NCBI GenBank assembly: GCA_965246715.1
Contig: CBDFFH010000015.1
Location: 320,001 to 384,000 of the forward strand
Reading direction: 5' to 3'
Length of the DNA stretch: 64,000 nucleotides
DNA from: Chamaesiphon sp.
GTDB lineage: Bacteria; Cyanobacteriota; Cyanobacteriia; Cyanobacteriales; Chamaesiphonaceae
Shown: in pieces, positions 21,478 through 32,308 of the stretch
How the letters are laid out: every line of letters begins with the position of its first letter
Position numbering within the stretch: position 1 is the stretch's first letter
The notes under the pieces: model-generated
The model's input: only the letters and a program-made list of their open reading frames with translations
What the model was told of the DNA's origin: nothing
Databases searched by the model: none
Made by a program: the position numbers and the translations under genes

Positions 21478-22206
21478 TTAGATCTCCTCCGCAGGCACAG
21501 TCGGTTTAGACATCATACTCGAGAGCGGTGGCGGTTCGACTACAGGTGCAGAGTTATGGCTTAATGCTGCGACTGCTGCATTACCAGGATTGACAATCCC
21601 CCCAGAAATGATGACCTTAAAGGCATCTTCGATCGACATTGCTAAATCTAAAACATCCTGTTCTGGCACGACGGCATACCAACCCGTTGTGGGGTTGGGA
21701 GTCGTGGGAATAAACAGGTTGAGCATTCCTTGCGGCATCTGCGACTGGATTTCACCATCGATCGTGCCGGTCACAAATGCCAGCGCCCAAATTCCCCGTC
21801 GGGGATATTCTACCAACACTACGCGCCGAAATTTGTTCCCCGAATCTTTGAGCAGGGTTTCTAAGAGTTGTTTGAGTGTTTTATAGACCGCTCCTGCCAG
21901 GGGAATTGCCTGTAGTAGTCGTTCGCCGATATCCAACAACCATTTACCAGCAATATTCCGTGCCATCAGCCCAATCAGGAGAATGGCTAACAATGGTGCC
22001 GTCAATCCGACTAAGAGATTTAAAACATAAACTAAGACTGGATGTAACCCATCAAAGGGGTTAATCTGTTTGGGAATGCGGGTCAAGAAATTGACCACCC
22101 ATGTTGCCACATTAATTGACAGCCAGATCGTAGTAGCAAGTGGGATCGCTACCAGCAAACCAGCAATTAAATCGTTTTTTAAGTCCTGCTTGAAATGTTG
22201 GAACAC
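21478..22206 (-). CDS. DUF502 family membrane protein
   Basis: LIAGLLVAIPLATT, IPLAGAVYKTLKQ, VLVEYPRRG, FIPTTPNPTTG. Confidence 0.88.
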   Translation of the reverse strand: MFQHFKQDLKNDLIAGLLVAIPLATTIWLSINVATWVVNFLTRIPKQINPFDGLHPVLVYVLNLLVGLTAPLLAILLIGLMARNIAGKWLLDIGERLLQAIPLAGAVYKTLKQLLETLLKDSGNKFRRVVLVEYPRRGIWALAFVTGTIDGEIQSQMPQGMLNLFIPTTPNPTTGWYAVVPEQDVLDLAMSIEDAFKVIISGGIVNPGNAAVAALSHNSAPVVEPPPLSSMMSKPTVPAEEI

Positions 22207-22345
22207 AAATCTCCGATTTTGATAACTATCGGTATTTTTTAAACTAGTCTATTCACACTATACAAAGCTTTGCCCGATCTGGGGAGGGGCGATGGGCGAA
22301 TCGCCAAGTAACAGTGGCTAGTAGCTAGCCACTAGCCACTAGCCA

Positions 22346-23080
22346 CTACTTCAGTACCCGTCTCAATCCCGCCCAACCGATCGTAATATACGCGATCGCC
22401 AATAACAAACTTGCCAAACTCGTTCTCACTCCAGTTTGCAACATGCGCTTGCTAATTCGATCTTCCGCCCCTTGTTTTTGGGTTTGGATGCTTTGCTGCG
22501 ACTCAAGATCGAATTTTTTGGGATCGCTGACGAGTAATTCTAGCTTGGTCTTGGTGAGTTGGAGTCCTACCAGCCGTTCGCCTTGAGCTAGACCACTTTT
22601 AAGTTCTTTATCGATCGTGGCAATCTGTTGATTGACTTGCTCTTTACTGAGAGCTTTCATTTGTTGAATGTTGCTTTTCAATCCTGAGGCTTCCGTCTCG
22701 ATTCTTTTAAAATCTTGAGATCTGATATCGTTAGTTTTAATTAGCTGGAAGGGAATAATCAAGACAAAAATTAGTCCCAATAAGCTAGCGAGACTAAAAG
22801 TTCCAATCCGCCACGCATTCCCCCGATCTCCACCATCCTCTGTCGAAACGATCCGGATCCAATCGCCAGCCACCATAAACGAGATCCCCACTAGTGGGAG
22901 TAATCCACCATCGACGAGTTGACTGGTAGCGTACAGCCACCAGCGATCGCCCTCTAACACCAAATTTTCTGGTGGTAGTAAGATCTTGAAGATGAGATCG
23001 ATCAGTGAAGATAAAATCAGTACTGCACCTGCGGTTTTGAGGGCAAGCGGGGTGAGAAAACTACTAACAGTAGGTTGCAT
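22346..23080 (-). CDS. HpsJ-like cyanobacterial membrane protein
   Basis: LKTAGAVLILSSLID, SQLVDGGLLPLVG, coiled region, C-terminal TM helix. Confidence 0.7.
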   Translation of the reverse strand: MQPTVSSFLTPLALKTAGAVLILSSLIDLIFKILLPPENLVLEGDRWWLYATSQLVDGGLLPLVGISFMVAGDWIRIVSTEDGGDRGNAWRIGTFSLASLLGLIFVLIIPFQLIKTNDIRSQDFKRIETEASGLKSNIQQMKALSKEQVNQQIATIDKELKSGLAQGERLVGLQLTKTKLELLVSDPKKFDLESQQSIQTQKQGAEDRISKRMLQTGVRTSLASLLLAIAYITIGWAGLRRVLK

Positions 23081-23253
23081 AGTCTAAGTTATAGAGATAT
23101 TTGAGCTATTCACCCCGACCAGTGGGCGAACGAATAAGTGTCGTGGAGGATACATAAAACCAAGATTATCTTGTTTTGGGGATGTTCCCGTCGATAGTTA
23201 CCAAGTGTCGCCTAAAATAATAATTATTCAGTTTATCGGCGATCGCGATTGTT

Positions 23254-23970
23254 ATGACAATGGAAGTTTTTGTGTATCCAGATCGTCAGGCATTAATTGA
23301 TGCCGCTCTCAAATCGATCGTCGAGCGCATCTGGATGGCTGTTGCCGAGCGGCAGTCTTGCTCGATCGCATTATCTGGCGGTTCGACACCGGAACCATTG
23401 TACGCTGCACTGGCACAACAAGACCTGCCTTGGGCGCAGATCCATATTTTCTGGGGCGACGAACGCTATGTGGCTCCGACGCATCGAGATAGTAATTATG
23501 GAATGGCGAAGCGGGTGTGGCTCGATTTAGTCCCGCTCCCAGCGACAAATATTCATCCGGTACCGACCGATTTAGCTACACCACAGTTGGCGGCGGCGGC
23601 ATACGAGCGCGAGCTTGAGCTAGCAGCTGGAAGTATGCCACAGTTCGATATCATTCTGCTCGGGATGGGCGATGATGGGCATACCGCCTCGTTATTCCCC
23701 CATACGGTTGCTTTGTCGGAACGCGATCGACTGATAACTGTCGGCGACAAAGACGGACAGCCACGGATCACGTTTACATTTCCCCTCATCAATAATGCCC
23801 GCAGCGTCATCTTTCTCGTCGCCGGAGAGAGCAAGCAACCAGCGTTAACTGAAGTGTTCGCGCCTATAGGCGATGCCGCACTCTACCCCTCTCGATCGGT
23901 GCAGCCGCAGGGCGAACTACTGTGGCTACTAGATGCAGCAGCAGGAGCGAAGTTAATTCATAATTCATAA
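23254..23970 (+). CDS. pgl: 6-phosphogluconolactonase
   Basis: ALSGGSTP, FWGDERYV, LLGMGDDGHTASLFP, RITFT. Confidence 0.95.
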   Translation: MTMEVFVYPDRQALIDAALKSIVERIWMAVAERQSCSIALSGGSTPEPLYAALAQQDLPWAQIHIFWGDERYVAPTHRDSNYGMAKRVWLDLVPLPATNIHPVPTDLATPQLAAAAYERELELAAGSMPQFDIILLGMGDDGHTASLFPHTVALSERDRLITVGDKDGQPRITFTFPLINNARSVIFLVAGESKQPALTEVFAPIGDAALYPSRSVQPQGELLWLLDAAAGAKLIHNS

Positions 23971-24040
23971 TTTATACACACACCTAAACTCTGCTAAAAT
24001 GCGATCGGGCTAAGTCTCCAAAACTTAACAGTTAATTTTT

Positions 24041-24841
24041 ATGATAGTGTGTCCGAACTGTAAGCATGAAAACCCTGAAGGCGCAACTAGCTGTGAGGCT
24101 TGTTTTACGGCCTTACCAGCTACTAAAGCTTGCCCGACCTGCGGCGCTGCCGTTCAACTCGACGCTACATTTTGTGGGCAGTGCGGTCAGAATCTAACCT
24201 CAGCCGATCCTAAAAATCCGATTCCGCTACCGCCACCAGTTGCTGCTATCGAGCCGGTTAATTCTGGCTTGCCGCCAACAGTTTTGACAGGTAAGGAAAT
24301 CACTGCACCCCCACTCTCCGCTCCTCCAGTAGCAAGTGAGGTTCCAAGTGAGGTTCCACCTCAGCTGCCCGATCCAGCACCAGCATTACCATCGATCGCA
24401 CCCGAGCCAACTAGCGAAAGTTCGCTACCACCAACAGTAGTATCGGCACCAGTCGAGAGCGCTTCAGCACCCGTAGTAGAGCTACCAACAGCACCTGTGG
24501 TTGCCACTCAAATCCAACCTACTGCTTATCATTTGCTGCACTTGCAAACGAATACCAGTTTGGAAATCCCACTGCATTTACAAGTCATTCACATTGGTAA
24601 GCCTAACGAACAGTCGCCGCCTGATATCGATGTCTCGGGCTTTCCCTCTGCCGAAGTAGTATCCCGCGTTCATGCAAATATTCGCGTTGAAGGGCAAGAA
24701 TATTATATCGAAGATGTCGGTAGTGCTAATGGTACCTATATCAATCATAATGTTCTCGCGAAAGGGAATAGGCACCTGTTACGTTCTGGCGATCGGATTG
24801 GTTTAGGGAAAGGGGATCTTGTAACTTTTATCTTTCAATAG
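24041..24841 (+). CDS. Double zinc-ribbon / Pro-rich / FHA protein (FraH-like)
   Basis: CPNC..CEAC..CPTC..CGQC; FHA motifs IGK, VSRVHA, DVGSANGT; directly downstream of pgl. Confidence 0.85.
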   Translation: MIVCPNCKHENPEGATSCEACFTALPATKACPTCGAAVQLDATFCGQCGQNLTSADPKNPIPLPPPVAAIEPVNSGLPPTVLTGKEITAPPLSAPPVASEVPSEVPPQLPDPAPALPSIAPEPTSESSLPPTVVSAPVESASAPVVELPTAPVVATQIQPTAYHLLHLQTNTSLEIPLHLQVIHIGKPNEQSPPDIDVSGFPSAEVVSRVHANIRVEGQEYYIEDVGSANGTYINHNVLAKGNRHLLRSGDRIGLGKGDLVTFIFQ

Positions 24842-25003
24842 CACTGCCGCCCGTTAACCTTCGAGTTCGGTCATTACTCTAGCAAAGAAATCTGGTTTGT
24901 ATTTGCCAAGCAAGCAGACGCTCTATGCCAAGAAGTTGTATCTAAATTATGTCAGCCCTCAGTTTAAATCCGCTTCATTCAACTCCTTGAGCAGCTATCC
25001 TAT

Positions 25004-25339
25004 ATGTCCGCCATCGTATTAAATCTGCTTAATTCAATTCCCGTGCAGAGCTGGACATTTATCTCCGAAGATGTCGTTCGCATTGGGCGGGCAACGGATA
25101 ATAATGCGATCTTATTTAGTGCGGTTGTCTCGCGACATCATGCTGAATTAAGGTGGAGTGAAGCTGATGGTTGGGTGCTAGTAAATATGAGTCCAAATGG
25201 AACTTATTTTAATGGCGAAGCTATCAAAACAATGGCGGTCGAAGATGGCATGATAATTAGATTAGCAACATCAGGGCCGAAAATTCAGATTAAAGTAGTG
25301 GTTGGTAAACTCGATAATGACATTCCGGTTGGGGAATAG
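25004..25339 (+). CDS. FHA domain protein
   Basis: IGR...N......VSRHHA....SPNGT. Confidence 0.88.
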   Translation: MSAIVLNLLNSIPVQSWTFISEDVVRIGRATDNNAILFSAVVSRHHAELRWSEADGWVLVNMSPNGTYFNGEAIKTMAVEDGMIIRLATSGPKIQIKVVVGKLDNDIPVGE

Positions 25340-25379
25340 TAAATATTCCCAACTGGTGGAGCACAGATCGGGACTAATT

Positions 25380-25553
25380 AAGGTGAGTTCGGGTTAAGGG
25401 TATGTGCTTCGTTCTAGTACCGCCAACGATTGAAATCGTGGCTAGTAATGCAAAGTCCGCCTTCGCGGACTAATATTCTAGTCCGCGAAGGCGGACTTTG
25501 CATCATGAGCAGAGACTTTAGTCTCTAGGCTCTTCTTAACCCGAACTCACGTT
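25380..25553. mobile_element. MITE-like element, copy A (174 bp)
   Basis: Termini AA(G/C)GTGAGTTCGGGTTAAG / CTTAACCCGAACTCACGTT, flanked by AATT on both sides; internal palindrome GCAAAGTCCGCCTTCGCGGACT-N8-AGTCCGCGAAGGCGGACTTTGC. Confidence 0.8.
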
Positions 25554-26718
25554 AATTACGTAATTGAACTGGCATGACTAAATAAGTCATCTTCAGACCG
25601 CCTAGTGGGTTCAGAATCACTGGTTCGAGCGGGCCATTGAGATTGATGACGATCTCTTGAGTCGGGAGTGTTTTCAACCCATCCATGAGATATTTGATAT
25701 TAAAGGCAATATCTAGATCTGCCCCAGAGATCTGGGCGCTGAGCGATTCGCGTCCGCTGCCACGATCCGCCGCTTCTACTGACAGCGAAATCTCACCTTT
25801 GCTACTGTCGATACTAAATTTCACTAAATTTGCTTGGTCGGCAAGAATTGCAATGCGTTCGAGCGAGCTGAGTAATTGTTTGCGATCGAGGGTAACTTGG
25901 CGCTGAAACTGCTTAGGAATCAGTAATCGATAGTCAGGGTATTTTCCTTCTAATGTCCTAGTGGTTAATTTTTGATCTCCCCAAGCAAAAACTACTTGTC
26001 CTTGCTCCAATTGTAATTCCAATCGATCTTGTTCGTGCCGCGATCCAAGCATTTTTTCCAATTCGCGTAAAGCCTTAGCCGGCACGGTTACTTCAAACGA
26101 ACCGACAGTTTCGGTGCCGTCGCTGACGATCTTGCCATCTTCGCTGGCAGCCAATTCGGCAGGATATACTTCGACGATTCCCAACCGATGTCCGTCTGTG
26201 GCGGCAAATTCCAATCTCTCCGGCTCGACTTTGAGATAGACCCCAGTAAGTATTTGTTTGGTTTCGTCCTGGCTACAGGCGATCAGAGACCCCTTTAAGC
26301 CATCGATGAAGGCAGTTGCTGAGAGTCGATTGGTTTCGCCATCTTCGATCGATGGTAATTCAGGAAATTCATCCGCACTTAGCCCCCGTACCTGATATCT
26401 ACCCGAGACTGAGGTAATTGTGACGAGATTGTCACCAGCTTCATCATCGAGCGTAATATCACCACTCGGTAATTTGGCAACGATATCATTGAGCAATTTA
26501 GCAGGTAAGGTCAAGATGCCGTCTTCTTCAACTCGTGCTTCAAAACTAGCCTGGATGCCCAAACTCAAATCGAATCCAGTCAACCGAATTTGGTCGGGAT
26601 CGGAAGTAGCTTCGATTTTGATGTTCGCCAGCACTGGATGGGTTGGCCGAGTGGAAACAGCACGACTGACTAGAGCTAAGTTGATATTCAGATCGTGCTG
26701 GGTGCAGACGAATTTCAT
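25552..26718 (-). CDS. dnaN: DNA polymerase III beta clamp
   Basis: MKFVC, RPTHPVLAN, ATDGHRL, LEGKYPDY, YLVMPVQLR; ATG at 26718. Confidence 0.96.
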   Translation of the reverse strand: MKFVCTQHDLNINLALVSRAVSTRPTHPVLANIKIEATSDPDQIRLTGFDLSLGIQASFEARVEEDGILTLPAKLLNDIVAKLPSGDITLDDEAGDNLVTITSVSGRYQVRGLSADEFPELPSIEDGETNRLSATAFIDGLKGSLIACSQDETKQILTGVYLKVEPERLEFAATDGHRLGIVEVYPAELAASEDGKIVSDGTETVGSFEVTVPAKALRELEKMLGSRHEQDRLELQLEQGQVVFAWGDQKLTTRTLEGKYPDYRLLIPKQFQRQVTLDRKQLLSSLERIAILADQANLVKFSIDSSKGEISLSVEAADRGSGRESLSAQISGADLDIAFNIKYLMDGLKTLPTQEIVINLNGPLEPVILNPLGGLKMTYLVMPVQLRN

Positions 26719-26899
26719 AGTATGAAGAAGAGGTGAAAGGGGAGAGCGGTGAGCGCTCCTCGGCAAAGCCGAGGGTTAGCGATCCAAACGTACGCTGGGA
26801 CAGCGCAACAAGACAGGGGAACGGGAACGGGATGCCCTATCTAAATTCATAATCAAACAGAAATGCCATTAGGGTGGGAGAGTTCTGTCGAGCTAGCCA

Positions 26900-27139
26900 C
26901 TAACGCCGGACTTGTAGCAGAAAGTATTCTGGTCGATTCTCTTCGACAGAGACTTTACCAGCGATAATTTGCTCGATCGTATAACCTGCCATTGTCAGAC
27001 TATCAGGAACTTGTTCGATGGGTTCGCCAGCATCTAACCAAACTTCTAACAATTCGCCAACAGCCATCTGTTCGAGCTTCATCTTCGTGCGAACAAAATT
27101 AATCGGGCAAGGTGTCCCGCGTAGGTCTAGTTGCGTCAT
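26900..27139 (-). CDS. TusA/SirA-family sulfur carrier
   Basis: LDLRGTPCPINFVRTK motif. Confidence 0.9.
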   Translation of the reverse strand: MTQLDLRGTPCPINFVRTKMKLEQMAVGELLEVWLDAGEPIEQVPDSLTMAGYTIEQIIAGKVSVEENRPEYFLLQVRR

Positions 27140-27289
27140 GTAGATTTTGGATTAACGATTTTGGATTAGCGGCTCCATCAATGCAGCCAGTTGAATCAGC
27201 ATTCCTGGCTGAAATCGCTGCTTGGAGTTTAGATTTTGAATTTAATCCAAAATCCAAAATTTTCTCGACTCCGAACCAGCGACTAGCAA

Positions 27290-28423
27290 TTACTTAAATA
27301 CATTCCCAAAGATACTCCCAATCCCACCTTTGCCGACCCGCTCGCCCCGAATTTTGGCAAGTTTTTCGAGCAGTTCGCGTTCTTCGGTACTGACTTTAGT
27401 AGGAATATCAATTTGGAGGGTTAGTAAGTGATCGCCGCGACTGACTTCGTTACCCAAACGCGGTACGCCTTTTTGTTCTAACTTGAGGACGGTATTTGGT
27501 TGGATTCCGGCAGGAATATTTAACTCGGTTGGGCCATCAACAGTTTCGATTTGGATATGGCTGCCGAGAATTGCTTGAAGATAACCAATCTTGACTTGGG
27601 ACAGGATATTAATCCCTTCACGGCGGAATTCGGCATGCTCTTCGACATGCAAATACACATACAGATCGCCTGGTGGCCCACCGCGTAAGCCAGCATCGCC
27701 CTCTTTCCCGATCCGTAGTTTGGTACCGTTATCGACACCTTTGGGAATTGTAATTTTGAGTTTTTTAGTTTCTTGCTTGCGTCCAGCACCATTACAGACT
27801 TCGCATTTATCTTCGATGACCTGACCGTCACCGTTACAGGTCGGACAAACCGATACTTGAGTAAAGTTACCAAATGGGGTGCGGGTGTTGCGACGGACTT
27901 GTCCGGCTCCAGCACAGGTGCTGCAGGTTTGAGGCTGCGAACCGGGCTTTGCTCCCGATCCTTTACATGTATTACAGGATTCGAGATGGGGAATCCGAAT
28001 TTCTTTTTCGCCACCAAAGATCGCTTCATGAAAATCTAGCTTGAGATCGAGCCGCAGATCTTCGCCCCTGGCGGGGCCATTCCGCCGCCGAGTTGCTTGT
28101 TGTTGTCCGCCAGCACTGCCACCAAAACCATTGAAGAAGGCATCAAAGATGTCGGCAAAGCCGCCCATATCACCCACGTCGCCATATCCAGGGGCTGCAC
28201 CACCAGAGACTCCAGCCTCGCCAAAGCGATCGTAGCGAGCGCGCAGTTCTGGTTCGGAGAGAACTTCATTCGCCCGATTGATTTCTTTGAAGGTGTCTTC
28301 TGCTCCAGGCTCTTTGTTAACATCTGGGTGATATTTCCGCGCCAATCGACGATAGGCGCGTTTAATTTCTTCCTGATCGGCATCCCGTGAAGTGCCAAGG
28401 ATTTCGTAATAGTCGCGTGCCAT
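27290..28423 (-). CDS. dnaJ: Chaperone DnaJ
   Basis: J domain with HPD, G/F-rich region, four CxxCxGxG repeats. Confidence 0.97.
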   Translation of the reverse strand: MARDYYEILGTSRDADQEEIKRAYRRLARKYHPDVNKEPGAEDTFKEINRANEVLSEPELRARYDRFGEAGVSGGAAPGYGDVGDMGGFADIFDAFFNGFGGSAGGQQQATRRRNGPARGEDLRLDLKLDFHEAIFGGEKEIRIPHLESCNTCKGSGAKPGSQPQTCSTCAGAGQVRRNTRTPFGNFTQVSVCPTCNGDGQVIEDKCEVCNGAGRKQETKKLKITIPKGVDNGTKLRIGKEGDAGLRGGPPGDLYVYLHVEEHAEFRREGINILSQVKIGYLQAILGSHIQIETVDGPTELNIPAGIQPNTVLKLEQKGVPRLGNEVSRGDHLLTLQIDIPTKVSTEERELLEKLAKIRGERVGKGGIGSIFGNVFK

Positions 28424-28746
28424 AGAGAGATTCTATCTTACAAGAAGTAGTGTGGATCGGGCTGGCGATCGGGGAAGTAAACGCGAAGAGCGAGTCGATC
28501 GCTAGCTGTAGCGAGAAATCGTCGTGCGAGTGACAGCTTGCATTTATCCGAACGATCTCAACAATCGCCCGTGGCAATTTAACAATTTGATATTTATTGT
28601 AAAGGAATCAGGTCTTGGCGATGGGGTATTAACCGTAATTACTTGGGAGTGGATCGGCCTGATGTCGTTAGTAAAGATCGCGACCCGATCGCATCTTTAA
28701 CAATTGGGTCAGAACTAGGTAATCGATTATTTAAGCGACGCGCAGG

Positions 28747-30741
28747 CTACTCAACCACCTCATAATCGGTAGTCGCCGTTTCATCGTCTTCATAATCTAA
28801 CGTTAGTGTACTCGATACCTTTTTCGGTGGTGGCGGTGGTGGCGGTGGCGCGGCAGCACGACTCAATGGCGTGTGTCTGCGCATACTGTTGTTGGGATTC
28901 GAGCCAGAAGATGGGTTATTGTTGGGGGTCGTACCTTGCTGGTAGACAGCAGCACCCATGGCAAATATCTGTTGTTGGAGCTTGTCGATTAATTGCTGAA
29001 CGTTTTCTAAATTAGCGGATGGTTCGAGCAGCAACATTTGGAGTTCCTTGGCAGTCGTCTCGGCTTGCTCGCGCAAGCGATCGTCGATCAGGTGGCCGTT
29101 ATCTTTAATTGCTGTATCGTAGGTATGGAATAGCGCATCTGATTGATTTTTGAGTTCCACCAATTGGAGTCTGCGCCAGTCATCCTGAGCGTAGGTTTCG
29201 GCTTCTTTGCGCATCCGCTCGATATCGACTTTATTCAGTCCGCCCGTATTCGTAATCGAGACAGTTTGTTCCCTACCAGTCCCACGATCTTGCGCTGAGA
29301 CTTTGAGAATACCGTTGACATCGATATCGAAGGCAACTTCAATTTTGGGTACTCCACGGGGCGCAGGCGGGATGCCTGTGAGCAGAAATCTACCGAGGCT
29401 CTTATTATCCTTGGCCATCGCTCGTTCGCCCTGAAGGACGTGAATTTCGACCGAGGTTTGGCCGTCGGTAGCAGTCGAGAATTCTTGACCTTTACTAGTC
29501 GGAATCGTGGTATTGCGTTCGATGATTTTGGTAAAAACTTCACCGAGCGTCTCGATCCCGAGTGAGAGGGGGGTAACGTCGAGCAGGAGGACATCTTTAA
29601 TATCCCCACCGACCACACCAGCTTGAACGGCAGCACCCATCGCCACCGCTTCATCGGGATTGACGGATCGATCGAGTTCTTTACCCCCAAAGAAATCTTG
29701 AATAGCGCGCTGGACGGCGGGAATTCGGGTCGAGCCGCCGACGAGCAAGATCCGATCGATCTCCTTGGGTTGGAGATCGGCATCTTTAAGTGCTCGCTGT
29801 AATGGTTCGAGTGTCGATTCGATTAACGGTGCCACCATCTCCTCAAACTTGGTGCGAGTGAGTTCGAGTTCCAAATGTTTTGGCCCGCTAGCATCGGCAG
29901 AGATAAATGGTAAATTGATCGAAGTACTCATCATCGTCGAAAGTTCGACCTTGGCTTTTTCCGCAGCTTCGCGCAGGCGTTGCAACGCCATTTTATCTTT
30001 TAACAGATCGACATTTTCGGTAGTCCGAAAATGTTTGATCAGCCACCGCACGATTTCGTTATCAAAGTCATCGCCGCCCAAATGGTTGTTACCAGATGTG
30101 GCTTTGACTTCGTAAATACCGTTCCCCAGTTGGAGTACCGACACATCAAAGGTGCCGCCGCCTAAGTCAACCACCAGAATTTTTTGCTCGGTATCGGCTT
30201 TATCTAGACCGTAAGCTAGTGCGGCTGCTGTCGGCTCGTTAACAATCCGCAGCACTTCCAGTCCCGCAATCGTCCCAGCATCCTTAGTCGCTTGGCGCTG
30301 GGCATCGGTAAAGTAAGCCGGAACTGTAATTACCGCTTGCTCGACTGGCTCTCCCAAAAAGTTTTGGGCATCTTTTTTGAGCTTTTGCAGGATCATCGCG
30401 GAGATTTCTTGCGGCGTATACGTCCGACCGCGAATCTGGACATCAACGGTGCTATCGCGACCTTTGATGCAAGTGTAGGGAACACGATTGCGTTCTGTCT
30501 CCGTATCTTCCCAGCGACGGCCGATGAAGCGTTTGATGCTATACACCGTGTTCTCTGCATTGGTCACCCCCTGCCGTTTTGCCAGTTGACCTACTAATTG
30601 CTCGCCACCTTTAGCAAAGCCAATAATACTGGGGGTGGTACGCCCGCCCTCAGAGTTGGAAATGACCACTGGATGACCGCCTTCTAGGACGGCCACACAG
30701 CTATTAGTAGTACCGAGGTCGATGCCGATGACTTTTGCCAT
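28747..30741 (-). CDS. dnaK: Chaperone DnaK (Hsp70)
   Basis: [44 protein letters not shown]. Confidence 0.97.
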   Translation of the reverse strand: MAKVIGIDLGTTNSCVAVLEGGHPVVISNSEGGRTTPSIIGFAKGGEQLVGQLAKRQGVTNAENTVYSIKRFIGRRWEDTETERNRVPYTCIKGRDSTVDVQIRGRTYTPQEISAMILQKLKKDAQNFLGEPVEQAVITVPAYFTDAQRQATKDAGTIAGLEVLRIVNEPTAAALAYGLDKADTEQKILVVDLGGGTFDVSVLQLGNGIYEVKATSGNNHLGGDDFDNEIVRWLIKHFRTTENVDLLKDKMALQRLREAAEKAKVELSTMMSTSINLPFISADASGPKHLELELTRTKFEEMVAPLIESTLEPLQRALKDADLQPKEIDRILLVGGSTRIPAVQRAIQDFFGGKELDRSVNPDEAVAMGAAVQAGVVGGDIKDVLLLDVTPLSLGIETLGEVFTKIIERNTTIPTSKGQEFSTATDGQTSVEIHVLQGERAMAKDNKSLGRFLLTGIPPAPRGVPKIEVAFDIDVNGILKVSAQDRGTGREQTVSITNTGGLNKVDIERMRKEAETYAQDDWRRLQLVELKNQSDALFHTYDTAIKDNGHLIDDRLREQAETTAKELQMLLLEPSANLENVQQLIDKLQQQIFAMGAAVYQQGTTPNNNPSSGSNPNNSMRRHTPLSRAAAPPPPPPPPKKVSSTLTLDYEDDETATTDYEVVE

Positions 30742-30905
30742 AATATTGAGGCAATATTTAAATTATATAAAAGGGGCTGCTAGCTATAAGCTAGCTGACA
30801 AGCGATTGTCTGGCCAGAGTATCATTGGCGCAGCCTCGCTGATGGCGATTCGCGGTGATAGTCGGCCTGGATGGGTGCCGCTGGTCAAGAAAATAATGAA
30901 GTGGC

Positions 30906-31676
30906 TTAAGTTTGCTCGGGGTCGAACCCTGCCGCATCATCTGCGGAAAGTTGTTCTGGTGGGGCTGCAACTTTTACTAAGGAGTGTCGTAAAATGCGAT
31001 CGCCCAAGAAGTAGCCACGCTGGAGTTCTTCAATTACCGTACCTTCAGGATATTCTTCCGTCGGCTGACGCATAACGGCTTCATGGAGGTTGGGATCGAA
31101 TTGTTGTCCTTCGGGGCGCATGGGTGAGACACCAACACGCTTGAGACTTTCGACCAATTGCTTGTAGACACCTTGGTAGCTTTTGTGAATGCCCATTTCG
31201 CCTTCATTTTGAGGCTTGATTTGGGTTCTGGCGCGCTCGAAGTTATCGACGACACTCAAGAGTTCGATAATTGTGGCGCATTTGACTTGCACTTCAATAT
31301 CTTCTTTTTCTTTACTGTTGCGCTTGCGGAAGTTATCAAAATCAGCAGCAATTCGTAAATACTGGCTTTGAAATGCATCGCGCTGATTGGTCAGCTCGGT
31401 TAACTTATCGGTTAACGTTTGGATTTCCGATCGATCTGGCGTGGGAGTCGGCATTTGGACATCGATCGCGGGTTTTTCTCCAGAAGCGGCAATTCCTGGC
31501 TCAGTGGTGGGTGCCGCCTCAACTTTTAAGTCAGGACTAAGAACTGGCTCAGGCTCGATCGTAGAAGCAGTAGCCGTCCCGATTGAAGGAGTGCTGTGAG
31601 GCTCGGGATGGTGATCGGGCAATTGCGATGAGATTTCCTCATCTGTGCCGTTTTGCTGTTGTGGGGTTTCGCTCAT
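30906..31676 (-). CDS. grpE: Nucleotide exchange factor GrpE
   Basis: [39 protein letters not shown]. Confidence 0.96.
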   Translation of the reverse strand: MSETPQQQNGTDEEISSQLPDHHPEPHSTPSIGTATASTIEPEPVLSPDLKVEAAPTTEPGIAASGEKPAIDVQMPTPTPDRSEIQTLTDKLTELTNQRDAFQSQYLRIAADFDNFRKRNSKEKEDIEVQVKCATIIELLSVVDNFERARTQIKPQNEGEMGIHKSYQGVYKQLVESLKRVGVSPMRPEGQQFDPNLHEAVMRQPTEEYPEGTVIEELQRGYFLGDRILRHSLVKVAAPPEQLSADDAAGFDPEQT

Positions 31677-32113
31677 CGTTCGTTCATTCCAGTTAACAGA
31701 CTGCTGGGTAATTTTGATGCTAAGTCGTCGCAGGCAAGCTAACGATTCTCTGGTAGAAAATCTTCGCTGACGCTCGTCCAGATTTATCGAGACTAAACTT
31801 TGGTAAATCTGCCTTTTGAGTATAAATCCGATCTGGATCGAACGCGTGCTTTATAGAACTATCGATCTAAAGATCGATCGCTCTGCACCGCAGGTAATCT
31901 GAAGCTCTTTGTCAACCCAAATCAAATGCGCTCATTTTCATAATGCCCAAATTTATGGATTAAAACACCACATATTTGGATAGCGATCGATCCAAGAGTG
32001 TTAAATGCTCAGAGAGCTAGCTACTTAGCGACTAACGCTCGCGCAGAAAATTGCCCAGTTATACTCCTAAATTTAACAGATTTCGATCGAATAGATAGAT
32101 CGAGTCTGACAGT

Positions 32114-32122
32114 GGGCATACT
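32114..32122 (+). promoter_or_regulatory. Possible SigF/SigJ-type promoter element (GGGCATACT) upstream of pilB
   Basis: Resembles the GGGaatacT J-box of cyanobacterial motility promoters; lies just before the first AAGGAG. Confidence 0.4.
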
Positions 32123-32130
32123 GTAAAGCT

Positions 32131-32308
32131 AAGGAGATAACTACAGCAGCGATGACTCAATCTTCATTTCCCAACCAGGCATCGATCGTCCGTAATGATT
32201 TTTTTCCTTTTGGCAATAAAAGGAGATAACTACAGCAGCTATGACTCAATCTTCATTTCCGAAACGGGCGTTAATCGTCCGCAACGACTTTTCTCCTTTT
32301 GGCAATAA
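32131..32308 (+). repeat. Diverged 89-bp tandem duplication of the pilB RBS and first 23 codons
   Basis: AAGGAGATAACTACAGCAGC-N-ATGACTCAATCTTCATTTCC...CCTTTTGGCAATAA occurs twice (ATGs at 32152 and 32241). Confidence 0.92.

Noticed and set aside
28820..28930. Poly-Pro/Asn tail of DnaK
   Set aside because: Low-complexity variable C-terminus; no evidence of special function
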